The position numbers were made by a program, and so were the translations under genes. From positions 45,446,001 through 45,510,000 of the forward strand of contig OX597816.1 in the NCBI GenBank assembly GCA_951406725.2: a stretch of 64,000 nucleotides of DNA. Reading direction: 5' to 3'. The stretch comes from Octopus vulgaris (taxonomy: Eukaryota). Shown here piece by piece: positions 1 to 15,141 of this stretch (position 1 is the first letter of the stretch; every line of letters begins with the position of its first letter). The notes below the pieces were generated by a model, which was not told the DNA's origin, did no database searches, and worked only from the letters and a program-made list of their open reading frames with translations.

Positions 1-65
1 AGAACCAAAAATTCCATGTTATATGCAGTAAGATTTGGAAAGATAGTGACGATGTTTGAATGTTT

Positions 66-69
<4 letters not shown>

Positions 70-156
<87 letters not shown>
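70..156. repeat. (TA)n/(GA)n microsatellite
   Basis: Direct reading. It explains the YIYI/RERE ORFs. Confidence 0.97.
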
Positions 157-158
<2 letters not shown>

Positions 159-1139
159 AAAGTGTACGTACGCCGCTATATATATATATATATATATATA
201 TAAATCGACCTCTGGGCGTATTCTTCGTAAGTCTAGTACTTATTCTATCGGTCTCTTTTGCCGAACCGCTAAGTTACGGGTACATAAACACACCAACATC
301 GGTTGAAAAGTCACCTGAAGAGATATATTGCATCTAATGATGCACCACAACCAGTTGTGTAGAATCTCACCCTCGGAAGACCGATGTACGATAGGTGAAA
401 ACGATCGTAGTGATTAACGAAGAATCTCATGAATTCCATTTCCTCTTTCTCTCATATGTTATTTAACCGACGAACACGAAGAATTCCTGAAGTAAATCCA
501 GTGACATTAATAGCCATACTATTGATGACATCAGATAGCCAAAGACAGCTGACGTACTTTGAACGGAGAACTACCAGCAATATCCCTAAATTTAATATTA
601 TGATTTACATACACTACGTCAATATACACTATGCCGGAAGAAACGGTATTTCATTTCTCGGCACTACAGGGGTGCATAAAAATACTAAAAAAACTACCTA
701 GGATTTTATTTTGGTGTGTGAGTTTGTATATGTGTTTGTGTGTGTTTGTGTCTGCGTTTGTCCCCACCACCGCTTGACAACCGGTTCTGGTGTTTTCACA
801 TTCCCGTAACTTAGCCGTTCGGCTAAAGAGACCGATAGGATAAATACCAGGCTTAAAAGAAAGTAAGTACTGGGGTCGATTCGCCCGGCTCAAATGTTTC
901 AAAGCGGTGCTCCAGCATGGTCGCAGTCAAATGACTGAAACAAGTTTAAAATACTGTCCATAGGACTCGAACCCACGTCGCTTGGGAACATGAGAGATGC
1001 GCTATCATTATACCACAGGAACACTTCCATAGGTCTCGAAGTCCCTAAATTCTTATGATGTAAACATTAATTAATAATTACAATAATTAATAATGATTTC
1101 AAATTTTTGTCACAAAAGTAGCTTGGTGGAATGAGATTA

Positions 1140-1925
1140 AAACGATTACATCGACCCCAATGCGTAACTGGTACTTATTTAATCGAACCCGAAAGGATGA
1201 AAGGCAAAGTCGATCCCGGCGGAATTTGAACTCAGAACGTAGCGACGGGCGAAATACCTATTTCTTTACTACCCACAAGGGGCTAAACACAGAGGGGACA
1301 AACAAGGACAGACAAACGGATTAAGTCGATTATATCAAACCCAGTGCGTAACTGGTACTTAATTTATCGACCCCGAATGGATGAAAGGCAAAGTCGACCT
1401 CGGCGGAATTGGAACTCAGAACGTAGCGACGGGCGAAATACCTATTTCTTTACTACCCACAAGGGGCTAAACACAGAGAGGACAAACAAGGGCAGACAAA
1501 CGGATTAAGTCGATTATATCGACCCCAGTGCGTAACTGGTACTTAATTAATCGACCTTGAAAGGATGAAAGGCAAAGTCGACCTCGGCGGAATTTGAACT
1601 CAGAACGTAGCGGCAGACGAAATACCTATTTCTTTACTACCCACAAGGGGCTAAATATAGAGGGGACAAACAAAAACAGACATAAGTATTAAGTCGATTA
1701 CATCGACCACAGTGCGTAACTGGTACTTAATTTATCGACCCCGAAAGGATGAAAGGCAAAGTCGACCTCGGCGGAATTTGAACTCACAACATAACGGCAG
1801 ATGAAACACGGCTACGCACTTCGCCCGGAGTGCTACTGTTTCTGCCAGCTCGCCGCCTTAATTTGAACTCAGAACGTAGCGGCAGACAAAATACCTCTAA
1901 GCATTTCGCTCGGCGCGCTAACGAT
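1140..1925 (-). mobile_element. Nin-domain tRNA-derived SINE, head-to-tail multimer (~184 bp period, 4 units)
   Basis: GAAATACCTATTTCTTT recurs at 1251, 1435 and 1619. The reverse strand has B box GAGTTCAAATTCC and Nin/Deu-like GCCTTTCATCCTTTCGGGGTCGATAAATTAAGTACCAG. Confidence 0.88.
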
Positions 1926-2354
1926 TCTACCTTACAATAATTAGTAATTGCATAATAAATGATCGCCAAAGAGAAACTATTTTGAGGAAAATTGTCCTGG
2001 AGTACAGTCGTCGTGATACCAACCCAAATATGCCTCCACAGTCGACTCGAAACCAACGTGTACTTTAAATTCACAGCGTGGCTACATTTATATATATAGC
2101 TGTGAGATAGTATGTTTATTCAATAACATGAAAAATTGATTTAAGAATATTTGCAAATCAAATAATGACTATTGAATAAGCAAACTGAACAGAATCGCTA
2201 AACATTTTTGAAAATTGAAATTCAATGATAATGTGCCACAACCATACTAAGAACATCTTGGCAGAACCACAGCACGAGCGAAAAGGTCACGGAAAATTCA
2301 GAACTGAGTTATTCTATTGGGAACGACGCTTTGTCATATCCGTTTTCGCATTGC

Positions 2355-2550
2355 ATATTTGGCGTCGCCCATTTGGCGTCACCTATTTGGCGTCGTCTAT
2401 TTGGCGTCGCCTATTTGGCGTCGCCTATTTGGAGTCGCCTATTTGGCGTCACCCATTTGGCGTCACTTTTTTGGCGTCACCTGTTTGACGTCGCTCATTT
2501 GGCTTTGCATTTTTGGTGTCGCCTATTTAACATCACCGATTGGACGCTGA
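2355..2550. repeat. 14-bp minisatellite (TTTGGCGTCGCCTA-like), probably the subterminal array of a DNA-transposon relic
   Basis: About 13 degenerate contiguous copies with no spacers. Confidence 0.8.
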
Positions 2551-3479
2551 CTTACTTGTCATCAGTTGTTTTAATGTCTCTCATTTTAAACGCTTCTTTT
2601 CTTTTATCTTTCTCTCCTTTTTCCCTTCTCTCTCTCTCTCTCTCGCTTTGTTTATGCGTGTGTACATCTTTCTCTTTATGTTCATGAGGAGAGGGGAAGA
2701 GTTTATGTCAGTCGTGCCATGTCTACAAGTGTCGGCGATTATGAACATCCAAGCCAAAATCTAAAGATTCCTGACTTTTCTTTGGAAAGATATGGCAATA
2801 GTTTCCCGTTGCATTCTGCCGACTTACAGCTTACTCTGGTAGGTTCTTGCTCTCCTGAATACATCCTTAAATCACAGGGACTATTTGATCCTTACACAGC
2901 GGAACTGGTTCATGTAATACCAGGACTTATCCACATACATCTTGGGCTCCAGCCCTTTTCTAAATCCTCTATGCCGTCTTCTGGGCCCATACCTGAGGCC
3001 TTTACATAAATGAACACGCCCCCAGACCAGAACGGATCTGGGAATACTGATGACTAAGTGATAACTGCATACTTTTCTCCCCGAAACTTCTGAATGCCCA
3101 AGCTGGAGTTGCTCGTTGTTACCTTCTCGAAATCCACAAGAAATATTCAACGAAATACTCGTTGGGTAAAGGATAGAGTGGCGGTGGCGGCGGCGGCGGC
3201 GGCGGTGGAGGCGACGGCGATGGTTGTGGTGGTGGTGCTGGTGGTGGTGGTGGTGGTGATGAAGTGGTGACAGGTGAGGTGGGGATGGGAATTTAACGTT
3301 AGATCAGCTTAGTAGCATTTCGTCTATTTTTGCGCTCTGAAATCAAATTCCGCTGAGGTCGACTTTGCCTTTCATCCATTTTGGAGTCGATAAATAAAGT
3401 ACCAGTGGAATACTGAGGTCGATATAATCGACTAGTCCCCTCCCCCAAAATGGCTACCCTTGTGGAAAAATCTGAAACC

Positions 3480-3695
3480 ATTATTATTATTATTATTATT
3501 ATCATTATCATCATCATCATTATCATAATCATCATCATTATCATCATCATTATTATTATTATTATTATTATCATTATCATCATCATCATCATTATCATCA
3601 TCATTATTATTATCATTATCATCATCATCATCATTATCATCATCATCATTATTATTATTATTATCATTACCATCATCATTATCATCATTATTATT

Positions 3696-3745
<50 letters not shown>

Positions 3746-3768
3746 TATTATTATCATTATTATCATTA

Positions 3769-3823
<55 letters not shown>

Positions 3824-3826
3824 TAT
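3480..3826. repeat. (ATT/ATC)n microsatellite
   Basis: Direct reading. Source of the poly-I/N/D/M ORFs. Confidence 0.97.
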
Positions 3827-4348
3827 GTTTGACTTTTGTTTTGCATTTGTACAAGTTGGCTCCAAGTCTCACCCCGAGACCTCAAGAGACAACAAGCTAG
3901 AAGTTCATGTTGGTGTTATGCCAAGGGTGCCATATATTTGGTGTTGTACATAGTGTTGTTCTAGAGAATGGTTAAGAAACCGTAAGGAAATTCTGTGTTT
4001 GTTTTAAAATTTGAGATTACATAGACAGTATTTTACGGAGGATATGGGCAGTTCCCATGAGCACTATCTTTTGAATTTCTGCCATTTTGGGGTTTCCTGG
4101 TTTCTGAGCTAGGTAGCAATCAACCCCTTTTGCTATCATTCCTAGGGCACCTATGACAACAAGGTATTGTTTTAGTCTTGAGGTTCCACATTTTGCTAAT
4201 TTCTAGTTCAAGATCTTTATACTTGCTCAGTTTTTGGTAGGTCTTGGCAGATACGTTTATATCGATTGGGACAGTGTTTCCGGTTTTAAATCACTTTTAG
4301 TCATCCACAGCCATCTTTTTTCTCTGTCTGTCTTATCATCAACATCCC
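3827..4348 (-). mobile_element. 5'-truncated R4/Dong-like non-LTR retrotransposon 3' end (REL endonuclease C-terminus plus 3' UTR)
   Basis: Minus strand translates to ...KLSKYKDLELEISKMWNLKT...VVIGALGMIAKG...EIQKIVLMGTAHILRKILSM*. Both sides are (TAA)n, the known Dong-type target. Confidence 0.8.
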
Positions 4349-4395
<47 letters not shown>

Positions 4396-4939
4396 GAGAG
4401 TCGGCAAGCTAGCAGACTCGTTAGCACGCTGGACAAAATGCTTAGTAGCATTTCTTCTGTTTTGACGTTCTGAGCTCAAATTCCGTCGAGGTCGACTTTG
4501 TCTTTCGTCCTTTCGGGGTCAATATATAAAAAGTAATAGTCAAATACTATGCGCGATGTAACTCACTTCCTCCTCAAAAATTGCTGGCCTTGTACCAATA
4601 AATGAAACTATTATTAGAGAGAGTGAGAGAGATGCGGCGAATTGAAAGAATCGTTTGTATACCGGACAAAATGCTTAACAGCATTTCGTCCGTCTTTACG
4701 TTCCGTGTTCAAATTCTGCCGAGGTTGACTTTGCCTTTCATCTTTTCAGAGGTCAATAAAATACTGGAGGTCGATAAAATTCTGGAGTCGATGTAACTGA
4801 CATCCCCCTCAAAAGCTGTTGGGATTGTGCTACAATTTGAAAACAGTTTTAGAATCAGACAGAGAGGAAAACAGGAAGAGAGGAAGAGAAATGCTATTCC
4901 AGACTTGGTTAGCTCTTAACACACTAAGAGTATATCCTT

Positions 4940-5290
4940 AGGCCCGAAATTTTGGGGGAGGGGGCGAGTCGATTAGATCGACCCTAGTACACAACTGGTA
5001 CATAATTTATCGACCCCGAAAGGATGAAAGACAAAGTCGACCTCGGCGGAATTTGAACTCAGAACGTAAAAACAGACGAAATACCTATTTCTTTATTACC
5101 CACAAGGGGCTAAACACAGAGGGGACAAACAAGGACAGACATAGGTATTAAGTCTATTACATCGACCCCAGTGCTTAACTGGTACTTAATTTATCGACCC
5201 CGAAAGGATGAAAGGCAAAGTCGACCTCGGCGGAATTTGAACTCAGAATGTAAAAACAGACGAAATACCGCTAAGCATCTCGCCCCGGCC
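4940..5290 (-). mobile_element. Nin-domain SINE dimer
   Basis: Same family as 1140-1925, with a junction at ~5078-5094. Confidence 0.85.
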
Positions 5291-5966
5291 GAAGCTTCAA
5301 TGATATCTCAAAAACTAATTAGTAGCAATAGAACTGCTGCTAAGATTGAATATATCAGCATTACAGATTGTGTCATATGCTGTAGAGTGAAAGCTATAAT
5401 TAATCTCAGCCGACATTAATTGAATCATCACTGGACGTAATAGAATGTTAATAACGTTATACGTTTCGTTTAGAACACATGAGCAGTATAGTGGAGATGG
5501 AAATCATCGAAGTAGACATAAAACTGTTATAGTTTAGTAGTAAAGTTACTCCTAACCTCACTTGACCCTTTAAAGCTGTGCTTAGACTGATACACTTAGT
5601 CCAGCTTTACTGATTTTGTGACTCAACTGTTCTTAAATGAAATTTATTTCAAACACTTCAACGTACTTTCCTCTCATTCTTCCTTCCTTCCTTTCATTTT
5701 TGCTCTCTGACTTCTTTCTATCTTTCTTTCTTCCTAACTCGCTCCCCCCCCCCCTTCCTTCTTTATTTTATTTGCTCTGCGGTTTCGATTCTAGCAGTCA
5801 TGTAACTCCCCCTCCTCGTACGTCTTATTTTTTTAATGTTTTTCCTTTTTTTTTTTTTTAGATGATTAACTCCTGTCACTTGCAATATCTTCTCAAGCTA
5901 AACCAAAGACCTAGTTTCCAGCAAAACAACACTGCTTATTTTCATTTCTGTTTTATTTAATTCACA

Positions 5967-6132
5967 AGGCGCAGGAGTGGCTATGTAGTAAGTAGCTTGC
6001 TAACCAACCACATGGTTCCGGGTTCAGTCCCACTGCGTGGCATCTTGGGCAAGTGTCTTCTGCTATAGCCCCGGGCCGACCAAAGCCTTGTGAGTGGATT
6101 TGGTAGACGGAAACTGAAAGAAGCCTGTCGTA

Positions 6133-6201
<69 letters not shown>

Positions 6202-6395
6202 TTGTGTGTGTGTTTGTCCCCCTAGCATTGCTTGACAACCGATGCTGGTGTGTTTACGTCCCCGTAACTTAGCGGTTCGGCAAAAGAGACCGATAGAATA
6301 AGTACTGGGCTTACAAAGAATAAGTCCCGGGGTCGATTTGCTCGACTAAAGGCGGTACTCCAGCATGGCCGCAGTCAAATGACTGGAACAAATAA
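5967..6395 (+). mobile_element. tRNA-derived SINE with internal (TA)n(TG)n tract, full length
   Basis: A box TGGCTATGTAG, B box GGGTTCAGTCCC, CTTGGGCAAGTGTC core and tail CCAGCATGGCCGCAGTCAAATGACTG. Many copies in the window (e.g. 12210-12625, 23340-23740, 32100-32550, 48183-48595). Confidence 0.88.
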
Positions 6396-6469
6396 AAAGA
6401 AAAAAGAAAAAGAAAAGTATGAAACTTGGGATTATTATATGAAAAGGAGATGAAGAAGCATAGAAAACT

Positions 6470-6885
6470 AGGCAACGAGTTGGCAGAAACGTTAGCACGC
6501 CGGGTGAAATGCGTAGCCGCATTTCGTCTACCGTTACGTTCTGAGTTCAAATTCCGCCGAGGTCGACTTTGCCTTTCATCCTTTCGGGGTCGATAAATTA
6601 AGTACCAGTTACGCACTGGGGTCGATGTAATCGACTTAATCCGTTTGTCTGCCCTTGTTTGTCCTCTCTGTGTTTAGCCCCTTGTGGGTAGTAAAGAAAT
6701 AGGTATTTCGCCCGTCGCTACGTTCTGAGTTCCAATTCCGCCGAGGTCGACTTTGCCTTTCATCCTTTCGGAATTGATAAATTAAGTACCAGTTACGCAC
6801 TGGGGTCGATATAATCGACTTAATCCGTTTGTCTGTCCTTGTTTGTCCCCTCTGTGTGTAGCCCCTTGTGGGCAGTAAAGAAATA
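6470..6885 (+). mobile_element. Nin-domain SINE dimer
   Basis: Head GGCAACGAGTTGGCAGAAACGTTAGC and junction AAAGAAATA|GGTATTTCG at ~6701. Confidence 0.87.
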
Positions 6886-8640
6886 TGAAATAAGAAAACG
6901 GTAGAGAAGTGGCTGTAATATTTCTCGGAAATTAGCTTGAGGTCTCTAACTCTTTGAGTTAAAGTCCCTCAAGGACGGGGATGGGGTAACTTTGTCTTTC
7001 ATATTACTAGGGCCCATAGACTACGTACATTGGTAGTATATTCAGTCAGCAATGCCCTTTATATTACAAATTTATAACTTTGTTCCAACGTTAGAAATTA
7101 TTGATTTCAAATTTTGGCACAAAGCCAGCAATTTGAAGAGAAGTACTAAATCGATTACATCAACCCCAGTGCTCTTCTGGTACTTATTTTATCGGCCCCG
7201 AAAGCATGAAAGGCGAATTTGGCCTTGGCAGCATTTGAACCCAGAACGCTAAGACGAACGAAACCCCGTTGAGCATTTTGCCCGGCTTGCTAACGATTCT
7301 GCCAGCTCGCCGTTCTTCCAGTGTAAGAAAATTATCATTAAGGAAAATATATTGGATAGTTGTGATATCTTTTATTTCTTTCAGTCATTGGACTGCGGTC
7401 ATGCTGGAGCATCCGCTTTAAAGAGTTTTTAGTCAAACAAATCGACTCCAGTACTTATTCTTTTTGAAGTCTGGTACTTATCCAATCGGACTCTTTTTAC
7501 CAAATCGCTATGTTATGGGGATGTAAACACACCAACACCGGTTGTCAAACGGTGGAGAGACAAACACACACATACATACATATGTACAACGAGATGCTTT
7601 CAGTTTCCGTCAACCAAATCCACTCAGAAGGCTTTGGCCGGCTCGGGGCTATAGTAGAAGACATTTGCCCAAGGTGCCACGCAGTAAGACTGAACCCGAG
7701 ACCATGTGATTGAGAAGCAAGCTTCTTACCACATGGCTATGCTTTCACCTACATTTGCCAAAGTTAGTAGTAGCGTGGGAGAATCGGTACGGTTCCATAC
7801 AGAACTCGAAACAGAGTGAGGTCGAAGACCTGGTACAATGGGAACTTATCATCACACGCTCCGTTTTTAATACATAAATTTAGATTAATGAGAAATTTGA
7901 TTTTGTTGTTTTTATTTTAATCTCTCTTTATTTTATTCTTTCAATATTGGAAAACTTCGGGGAAATATATAAAAATGAAGGAAAGCAATATAAAAAAAAT
8001 CGCAACAACACAAAAGGAAGAAAGAGCTTTTAATATAGAAATGATTTTCCTTCAAACTTATTTGCAAAATGCCGAGTGAATAAATGTATAGCGTCAAATA
8101 TATAGCCAGCCAACCTTTTACGAGACAAAACAATACTCGGAAGACATTTAAAAAGAAGAAAAAATACTCCTATTTCACACAAAACATTTTTTTTATAGCC
8201 AGTATTACAATACTTTGTCTTTAGTCATAAGACGGAAGAATTTTTTCTTTAATATAAGAATGTATATAAATAAGAAATTTCCAATTACTTACAGGTGAAA
8301 TTATCTACGAACAAGTCTGGAATTTCAGAATTGATTACTTTGGTCAGACCATTCACGAGGTCTTACGCAAAAATGTCTATTTATTTATTATTTATTTATT
8401 TATTTATTTATTTATGAAATGTCAGAGTAACTCGGTTGCAATACGAACAATAGGAAGAGATCTTGTCAGGGGTCTGTTAAAAAAGCAGCTGATACATCGA
8501 GAAAAAAAGACAAATAAAAAGAGATAAGGTAATTTTAGGCGATTAACTCACCTAATCAGATTGCTTAAAATTTTGATCGATCTGACGGTGGGATGAAGTT
8601 GGCTCTTGTAAATAAATAATCGCAATATAAGAACGCGTGA

Positions 8641-9246
8641 AAGCGGCGAACTGGCAAAATCGTTAGCACGTCAGGCAAAATGCTTAGCGGTATTTCGTCT
8701 GTCGTTACGTTGTGAGTTCAAATTCCGCCGAGGTCAACTTTGCCTTTCATCCTTTCGGGGTCGATAAATTAAGTACCAGTTACGCTCTGGGGTCGATATA
8801 ATCGACTTAATACCTATGTCTGTCCTTGTTTGTCTCCTCTATGTTTAGCCCCTTGTGGGTAATAAAGAAATAGGTATTTCGACCGTCTTCACGTTCTGTG
8901 TTCAAATTCCGCCGACGTCGACTTTGCCTTTCATCCTTTCGGGGTCGATAAATCAAGTACCAGTTACGCACTGGGGTCGATAAAACCGACTTAATCCGTT
9001 TGTCTCTCCTTGTTTGTCTCCTCTGTGTTTAGCCCCTTGTGGGTAGTAAAGAAATAGGTATTTCGTCTGCCGCTACGTTCTGAATTCAAATTCCGCCGAG
9101 GTCGACTTTGCCTTTCATCCTTTCGGGGCCGTCGAAATAAGTACCAGCTGAAAACTGGGGTCGATCTAATCAACTTATCACCTCCCCGCGAAATTACTGG
9201 CCTTGTGCCAAATTTTGAAACCAATATATGAACGTGCGTGCGTGTG

Positions 9247-9279
<33 letters not shown>

Positions 9280-9800
9280 GTGTTAGGCGAATAGCTGGCA
9301 AAATTGTTAGCACACCGGGCGAAATACTTAGCGGTATTTCGTCTGCCGCTACGTTCTGAGTTCAAATTCCGCCGAGGTCGACTTTGCCTTTCATCCTTTC
9401 GGGGTCGATAAATTAAGTACCAGTTACGCACTGGGTTCGGTATAATCGACTTAATCCATTTGTCTCTCCTTGTTTGTCTTTTCTGTGTTTAACCCCTTGG
9501 GGGTAGTAAAGAAATAGGTATTTCGCTTGTCGCTACGTTCTGAGTTCAAATTCCGCCGAGATCGACTTTGCCTTTCGTCCGTTCGGGGTCGATTAAATAA
9601 GTATCAGTTAAGCACTGGGGTCGATGTAATCGACTTAATCCGTTTGTCTGTCCTTGTTTGTCCTCTCTGTGTTTAGCCCCTTGTGGGTAGTAAAGAAATA
9701 GGTATTTCGTCTGCCGCTACGTTCTGAGTTAAAATTCCACCGAGGTCGACTTTGCCTTTCATCCTTTCGAGGTCGATAAATTAAGTACCAGTTGTGTACG
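8641..9800 (+). mobile_element. Two adjacent Nin-domain SINE trimers (8641-9220, 9285-9800)
   Basis: Four AAAGAAATA|GGTATTTCG junctions (~8872, 9056, 9516, 9700). Confidence 0.87.
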
Positions 9801-10663
9801 ACCTAATTTTGTAAGTTTTATGATTGAAATTATCACTCATTGAGTTGGCACTGTGGCAGCAGTTCGTCGGTTAGGCGTGGTAAAAGAACGTATTCAGATA
9901 CTGAAACATTGCAGTAACAGACACCACGAACAACATTCTTCCAACACAAGAAGACAATCTAGCTGCTAATACTGTCAGGATTTAGGAGTAAGGTTTCTGA
10001 TATCACGAATGTACAAGAGGTGGCGGTCTTCCTAATTTATTTAGATATGAAAATCTAATTTAAACCAAGTAGGAAAGATCAATTTTGAAGGTCCATATTC
10101 AATTTCAGAAGCTAATCGTGAAGTATGAATTAGTTATAATCTGCGTGCCTTTACGTCGCTAGCTAATAAAAAGCATTCTGTCGACAGGAATTTTCTACAA
10201 AATGTTCACAGATGCTTACTATTAAACATATGTAATTCTATTAAAGCAAAAACATTTTCATTTGTCTTTACTTTTCTGGTAAATTTTAACTACTCACTTC
10301 ATTCTCACATGCATTAAAACTTGTTGCGTGACACACACTAATGTATCGTAAGTTTATGGTAATGGATGCAGTACCCTACAAGCAGCGTCGAAAATAATAA
10401 CAACTAGTGACCAATTTGTATTTATCTTTTACTTCATTGAACTGCGGCCATTCTGGGGCACCGCCTTGAAGAACTTAGTGGAACAAATAAATCGATTTCG
10501 GGACTTTTTTTTTAAAGTCTGGTACTTATTTTATCGTACCTATTGCTGAACCGGTAAGTTACAGGGACGTAAACAAACCAACACTGGTTGCTAAGTGGTG
10601 GGATGTACAAACACAGACATCATATGTGTGTACACACACACACACGCGCGTGCGCGCGCACGA

Positions 10664-10720
<57 letters not shown>

Positions 10721-10767
10721 CATATATATAATATATATATATATAATATATTATAATATATAATATA

Positions 10768-10813
<46 letters not shown>

Positions 10814-12209
10814 TATATTTATATATATATATATATTTAATTGTTAAACAGGACGTCAAACATTAAGGCAATGCGAACATTTCAAGTCATATACAATATT
10901 ATTACAGGAAGAAATTCAAAGTCATATAGTGGATAGAACTGGAATACCTTGACAAAGGCTGAGTTTCGCTAAACAACAACATCAACTCGTATACTTTGTT
11001 ATCAACAATATGGCAGAAGGAAAATACCTCTACATACATATCTACATACAGATATAGTAAGATCTCACATATGTGAAATAGTGAATTGAAAACCTTCATT
11101 TCTCTGAAATTATCGACGTAATTAGTAGACAAAAATCACCCTTCAGGAAAAACTGACTTTGACGTGATACGAACTAAGGACGTAAAAAAAAACCGTAAGG
11201 CTTTTTCGTCCGATGCTCTAATCGATTCTGCTAATCCACCTATTTTCTTCTTTCTGCATATAGATCTCTCTTAGTATTGCCAACTGAATAGAATATCCTT
11301 TGTTGATTAGACTGGAACATGTTGACTTTCAAGCCCAAATATATTCCTATACTGCATCTCCTATAATTTCCAAAATTTCAATTAACTATTTTAACTAGGG
11401 TTGTCTTTCTTTCTAATAGTAGGGATTGAGCAATCGTAGAGGAAGTGTTTGTCAGCAAAGTGCAGGGCTAATCTCACTTATTCGAAGTTTTCCCACTCAG
11501 TCTCTTTCATATGTGAGACATTTTTAGCATACGAGCTAGCAAGATCGTTAAAAGCGCCGGAAAAAAAATGCTTTGCAATGTTTGTACTGACTATGAGTTC
11601 AAATCCCACCGAGATCAACCTTGCCTTTCATTCATTTGGAATCGATAACAAAGTATTAGTCAAATTCTGGAGTCGAAGAGACTAACACTATCCTCTCAAA
11701 ATTGCTGGCCTTGTATCTAAATAACAAACCATTATTAACAGGAAATAATTAGTACATGTTCGTAGGAACACATTCTTATATTGGTTTCAAATTTTGGCAC
11801 AAGGCCAGCAATTTCGGTGGAGGAGATAAGTTGATTAGTTCGACACCAGTGTTTAACTGGGACTTATTTTATCGATCTCGAAAGGATTAAAGGTAAAGTT
11901 CACTTCAGTGAAATTTGAACACGGAACGTAAAGACGGGCGAAATACCTATTTCTAACGTTTCTGCCAGCTCGCCGGTGCTGCCTAGTCTGAGTGGTCGAT
12001 TTTCTCAATTATAACATTTTTTTCGAAAATTTGTTCAAATCATCGGTTATATGCCTTGAAGATGGCCCCTTCTTCTGAATCACATTTAAATTCATTTATT
12101 GAATTCGCTGCATGGTCTGGCGAAAACGTATTTTCAGGTTTTGTTACCAACTTCATTAGTTTTAGCATTTGTTGCTATAACATTTGTTGTTGTTCTTGTT
12201 GTTCTTCAT

Positions 12210-12625
12210 AGGCGCAGCAGTGGCTGCCTGTTAAGTAGCTTGCTTACCAACCACATGGTTCCGGGTTCAGTTCCACTGCGTGGCAGCTTGGACAAGTGAC
12301 TTCTACTATAGCCTCGGGTCGACCAAAGCCTTGTGAGTGGATTTGGTAGACGGAAACTGAAAAAAGCCCGTCGTATATATATGTGTGTGTGTGTGTGTGT
12401 TTGTGTGTTTATGTGTCTGTGTTTGTCCCCCCCCCCCAACATCACTTGACAACCGATGCTGGTGTGTTTACGTCCCCGTAACTTAGCGGTTCGGCAAGAG
12501 AGACCGATAGAATAAGTACTAGGCTTACAAAGAATAAGTCCTGGGGTCGATTTGCTCGACTAAAGGCGGTGCTCCAGCATGGCCGCAGTCAAATGACTGA
12601 AACAAGTAAATGAGTAAATGAGTAA
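12210..12625 (+). mobile_element. tRNA-derived SINE with internal TA/TG tract
   Basis: Same family as 5967-6395. Confidence 0.87.
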
Positions 12626-12679
12626 AAAATTGCAGGACACAATCTTTTTTATTTCTTTATTGCCCACAAGGGGTTAGAC

Positions 12680-12917
12680 CAGGGGTGGGCAAACTTTTTT
12701 GATCGCGGGCCGCACAGTGCGTCTTTGGAATCTTGGCGGGCCTCATTTATAAAAATCAAGTGAAAATATTGTGAATTACCGTACAGTTACGAAGTATCTG
12801 CATAGAAGTTGGGATTCATAAAAGCTCTCGGCGGGCCGCATGAAAACCTATGGCGGGCCGCATGAAAACCTATGGCGGGCCGCATGCGGCCCGCGGGCCG
12901 TAGTTTGCCCACCCCTG
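12680..12917. mobile_element. Non-autonomous hAT (Charlie-like) MITE
   Basis: TIRs CAGGGGTGGGCAAACT / AGTTTGCCCACCCCTG, with a perfect 8-bp TSD GGTTAGAC (12672-12679, 12918-12925). It sits inside a SINE tail and has internal GCGGGCCG repeats. Confidence 0.93.
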
Positions 12918-13433
12918 GGTTAGACATAGAGGAGACAAACAAGGACAAAGAGATTAAGTCAATTACAACGACCCAGTACGTAACTGGTACTTAATTTATC
13001 GACCACCGCGTGAAAAAATTTTCTTTTTTAATGTCGTCTGCGTGAATTATTTATATCCTCGTCGCTATTGTTATGATTTGGTGCTTTCCAGTTATAATGT
13101 ATGGTCATTGTTGTGACTGTAACTGATGTATCTACTCTAGTAACCACGATATTTTCTTGGTATCGGATACAGTGTATCTATTCTATACCAGAATGGTAAT
13201 ACACCGCTCCGTCCATCATGCTATCACTGACAGCTCTGCAAGTCATCGAATTTGAACAGCCTACCTTGACTGTGACTCGAACTCGACTATAACACGTAAG
13301 TGACACTTAACTCCAAATGAGATCTCGTACGACTGACACACGACTCCCCGTACTGGTAGACGAAGTCTCGCTTTATAGTGGCTCCTTCATATCACTTGTT
13401 CCGTGGGAAGGGTGTACCATTTCCACTACAGCA

Positions 13434-14089
<656 letters not shown>

Positions 14090-15085
14090 TGAAAGAAAGA
14101 AGGAAAATATATAACATTAGTTCCGTTTTGAATATGAACAAAGGTTCTATATTTTAGGAGAATAAGAAATAGGGGTTGTGACTTTTCATACCATTGTAAA
14201 GGACATTAATAGCGTAAGCGAACCGAAAATACCGCATCGAAACCATTTTGTGGTTTCGTCTTATCTCGCCTGTAACTTATCACTCGATCTGCAGTGCTCC
14301 TCTCGTTCTTCCTCTCACTGCTTCTTTCTGTCTCTTTTCTCCCCTACTTTCATTCTTTCTCCCTCTCTCTTTCTCGTTCTGTCTGTCTCTCTCCCTTTCT
14401 CTCTGTTACGCACAAAGGAATAGAGAGAGAGAGAGAAAGAGACAGATAGACTGAGATTCTTAGTGACTGTGTCGTATTAGATTCCATTTTAAAAGTACTG
14501 TGTCTGCAGCAGAGAGATATATTGTCTGCGAGTGGAATAATTCATCTGAAAATATAGTTTCAGAACCGAGACATCTACATATTAACCAATCGAAACACGT
14601 TGTTGGCTGCTTGAAACGATGTTTTAATACAAATGGCATCAGCTCAGTAAACAGTCACTTCAGAATTGCATTTACGGTCAACCGTTCTATAATACAACGA
14701 CTTTTATAATTATGTGATTGGGTATTTCGGAGGTTAACCCTCCCATTAGTATTAGTGGATGGCTGGATGGTTGGATGTAGGGATGATTATCGTACTGTTA
14801 TTGTAGGAGGGAAAATTCACTATTACCTCTTAAATTAGCAAATTTGCTAAACAGGAGGTCCGAGTTCTTGTCAAAATGTCGGAGTGAAAATAAAAACATG
14901 TACCTCATCCATCATATAATATAGTGCCCGGCTGGTACCCTACCAAGTCACGAACCAAACGCTAACTAGATACACGTAACGTATTTTTTTTCATTTTGAG
15001 TAGGTTACTACTTTGAACAGGATACATTCTTACATAAAATGTAACAGGCATACAACCATTCATATATACATATATATATATGTGT

Positions 15086-15141
<56 letters not shown>

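Noticed and set aside
2355-2550. CRISPR-like regular repeats
   Set aside because: The 14-bp units are contiguous with no spacers or cas genes, and the context is eukaryotic.
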